Assembly (NCBI GenBank): GCA_950097015.1
Contig: CATNEN010000039.1
Span: forward strand, 17,484,001-17,548,000
DNA: 64,000 bases
From: Macrostomum hystrix
Lineage: Eukaryota; Animalia; Platyhelminthes
Direction of reading: 5' to 3'
The notes below the pieces were generated by a model. The model made no database searches. It saw only the letters and a list, made by a program, of their open reading frames with translations, and had not been told where the DNA came from. Position 1 is the stretch's first letter; each line of letters opens with the position of its first letter. Below are positions 62,626-64,000 of this stretch, one piece after another. The position numbers and the translations under genes are program-made.

Positions 62626-62629
62626 CTCA

Positions 62630-62873
62630 GCAGCCAGGAGTGCTCTTCTTGCAGCCAGGAGTGCTCTTCTTGCAGCCAGGAGTGCTCTTCTTGCAGCCAG
62701 GAGTGCTCTTCTTGCAGCCAGGAGTGCTCTTCTTGCAGCCAGGAGTGCTCTTCTTGCAGCCAGGAGTGCTCTTCTTGCAGCCAGGAGTGCTCTTCTTGCA
62801 GCCAGGAGTGCTCTTCTTGCAGCCAGGAGTGCTCTTCTTGCAGCCAGGAGTGCTCTTCTTGCAGCCAAGAGTG
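62630..62873. repeat. 21-bp perfect tandem repeat (GCAGCCAGGAGTGCTCTTCTT)
   Basis: About 11.5 copies at the 5' break of the LINE fragment. Confidence 0.96.
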
Positions 62874-63737
62874 CTTATCATCATCATCATCAGATGAGTG
62901 CTCTGTCTCGAGGTGAGAGCTATGATTATTTCTAGACTGGAAAAGTAGCAGCATAAACTGAGACGTAAGAATTCAAATCTGCGTAGCATGAGATATCGTG
63001 GTGATAATGAAAGGCACTCCAAAATATATCTCAAGTGATGAGTTCGAGCTCTATTTAAAAGTTTGAGTACAGCATCAGTTTCTCATAAGAAATCTATATC
63101 TGTCTAAATGTTTGCCGATTTTTTCGAGCCCAGGAAGTTTGAGGCAAAGTTTGAGTCCACCAGATTTACCTGCCTGCTAAGTAGTAATTTTCTGTTTATA
63201 GACTTAGAACGAACTTAAATAAACGCCCAAATCCAGACATCAGATCCATCTATACAATTTCCAATGGACTGCTTAGAGTTTTGCACATGAAAGGAAAAAT
63301 AATAATCATTCCATCTTATATTCTGACACTGAACCATCACCGCTTCGTAAATATATTTATTTCAGTAGTATAGCAAATTAGCTAAGTAAAAAATAAGAAA
63401 CAACCTCGGAAAAACTTTAACAATCGCGCAAATGATCGAGTACGGAATAAAAATACACAACACGCTTGATTAAGGTTGAAGAAATTGCATAAATGAGAAT
63501 AGAAAATCAACATTGGCAGGCATGGGTAAATTGCTAATGTTCTGTCCTTAAAGGCTTCCAAACGACTGATACTAGAGTATAGGAAAAATGGAAGCTACTA
63601 TTTCCATTGAATATTCAGTTGTGCTGATAAAAGATTGCTAGGATTAAGCAAAAAATAAAGACCAAAAAGAAAGCCTTAAATTCCAGCAAGCATAGGCCCA
63701 AAGTTCAAATGAAGCATGCTCTCAGCATCCGAATACA

Positions 63738-64000
63738 TCATAGTGGAATAATTATGATGCGATTGCCCTCAAAAGTAACTGTGTATCCGTTGCCACTAGC
63801 GCTTGGCAGTTGAAAAACAACTCCAGTGGTAGGGAGCGTCAGAAGTGCGGCCTGCTCTGCATCATTTGCACCTTGAATAGCCGTTGCAGGCTCACCTGAA
63901 TAAGCACAAACAGCAGCGTCAGCAGATGTAGCTCCTGCAGAAGCAGCTCCAGCAGAGGCAGCGCCAGCAGAGGCAGCTTCAGAAGAACCGGCGGCACCAG
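63738..64000 (-). CDS. Possible C-terminal end of an Ala/Gly/Ser-rich protein entering from beyond the window
   Basis: Open frame GAAGSSEAASAGAASAGAASAG...VTFEGNRIIIIPL*; 15-bp repeats vary mostly in a codon-like way. Confidence 0.3.
   Translation of the reverse strand, partial: GAAGSSEAASAGAASAGAASAGATSADAAVCAYSGEPATAIQGANDAEQAALLTLPTTGVVFQLPSASGNGYTVTFEGNRIIIIPL

Overview
Eukaryotic (animal) genomic DNA, very rich in minisatellites and transposons. The dense intronic minisatellites and the gene set suggest a free-living flatworm such as Macrostomum; this is an inference, not proven. Host genes: an intronless HR96/NR1J-type nuclear receptor, an intronless ankyrin-bearing TRPM-like channel split by one frameshift, a multi-exon catalytically dead ADAM, a secreted Cys-rich Ly6/three-finger-like gene with an inverted pseudogene copy, and two IAP/BIR-like loci missed by the ORF track. 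Mobile DNA: a full-length Ingi-like LINE with a 13-bp TSD, a viral-type 2A motif and a structured 5' leader; a mariner transposase; several LINE fragments; non-autonomous Helitrons (one family carries an 18-bp satellite); a hAT MITE; and a tRNA-derived SINE family. The most unusual object is a 3.9-kb element with AGTAGT...ACTACT (Polinton/Maverick-type) inverted termini that carries only two convergent ORFs, a tandem PC4-like ssDNA-binding protein and a Cys/His-rich protein. No CRISPR array, rRNA or intact tRNA was found. All calls were made by eye, without database searches.
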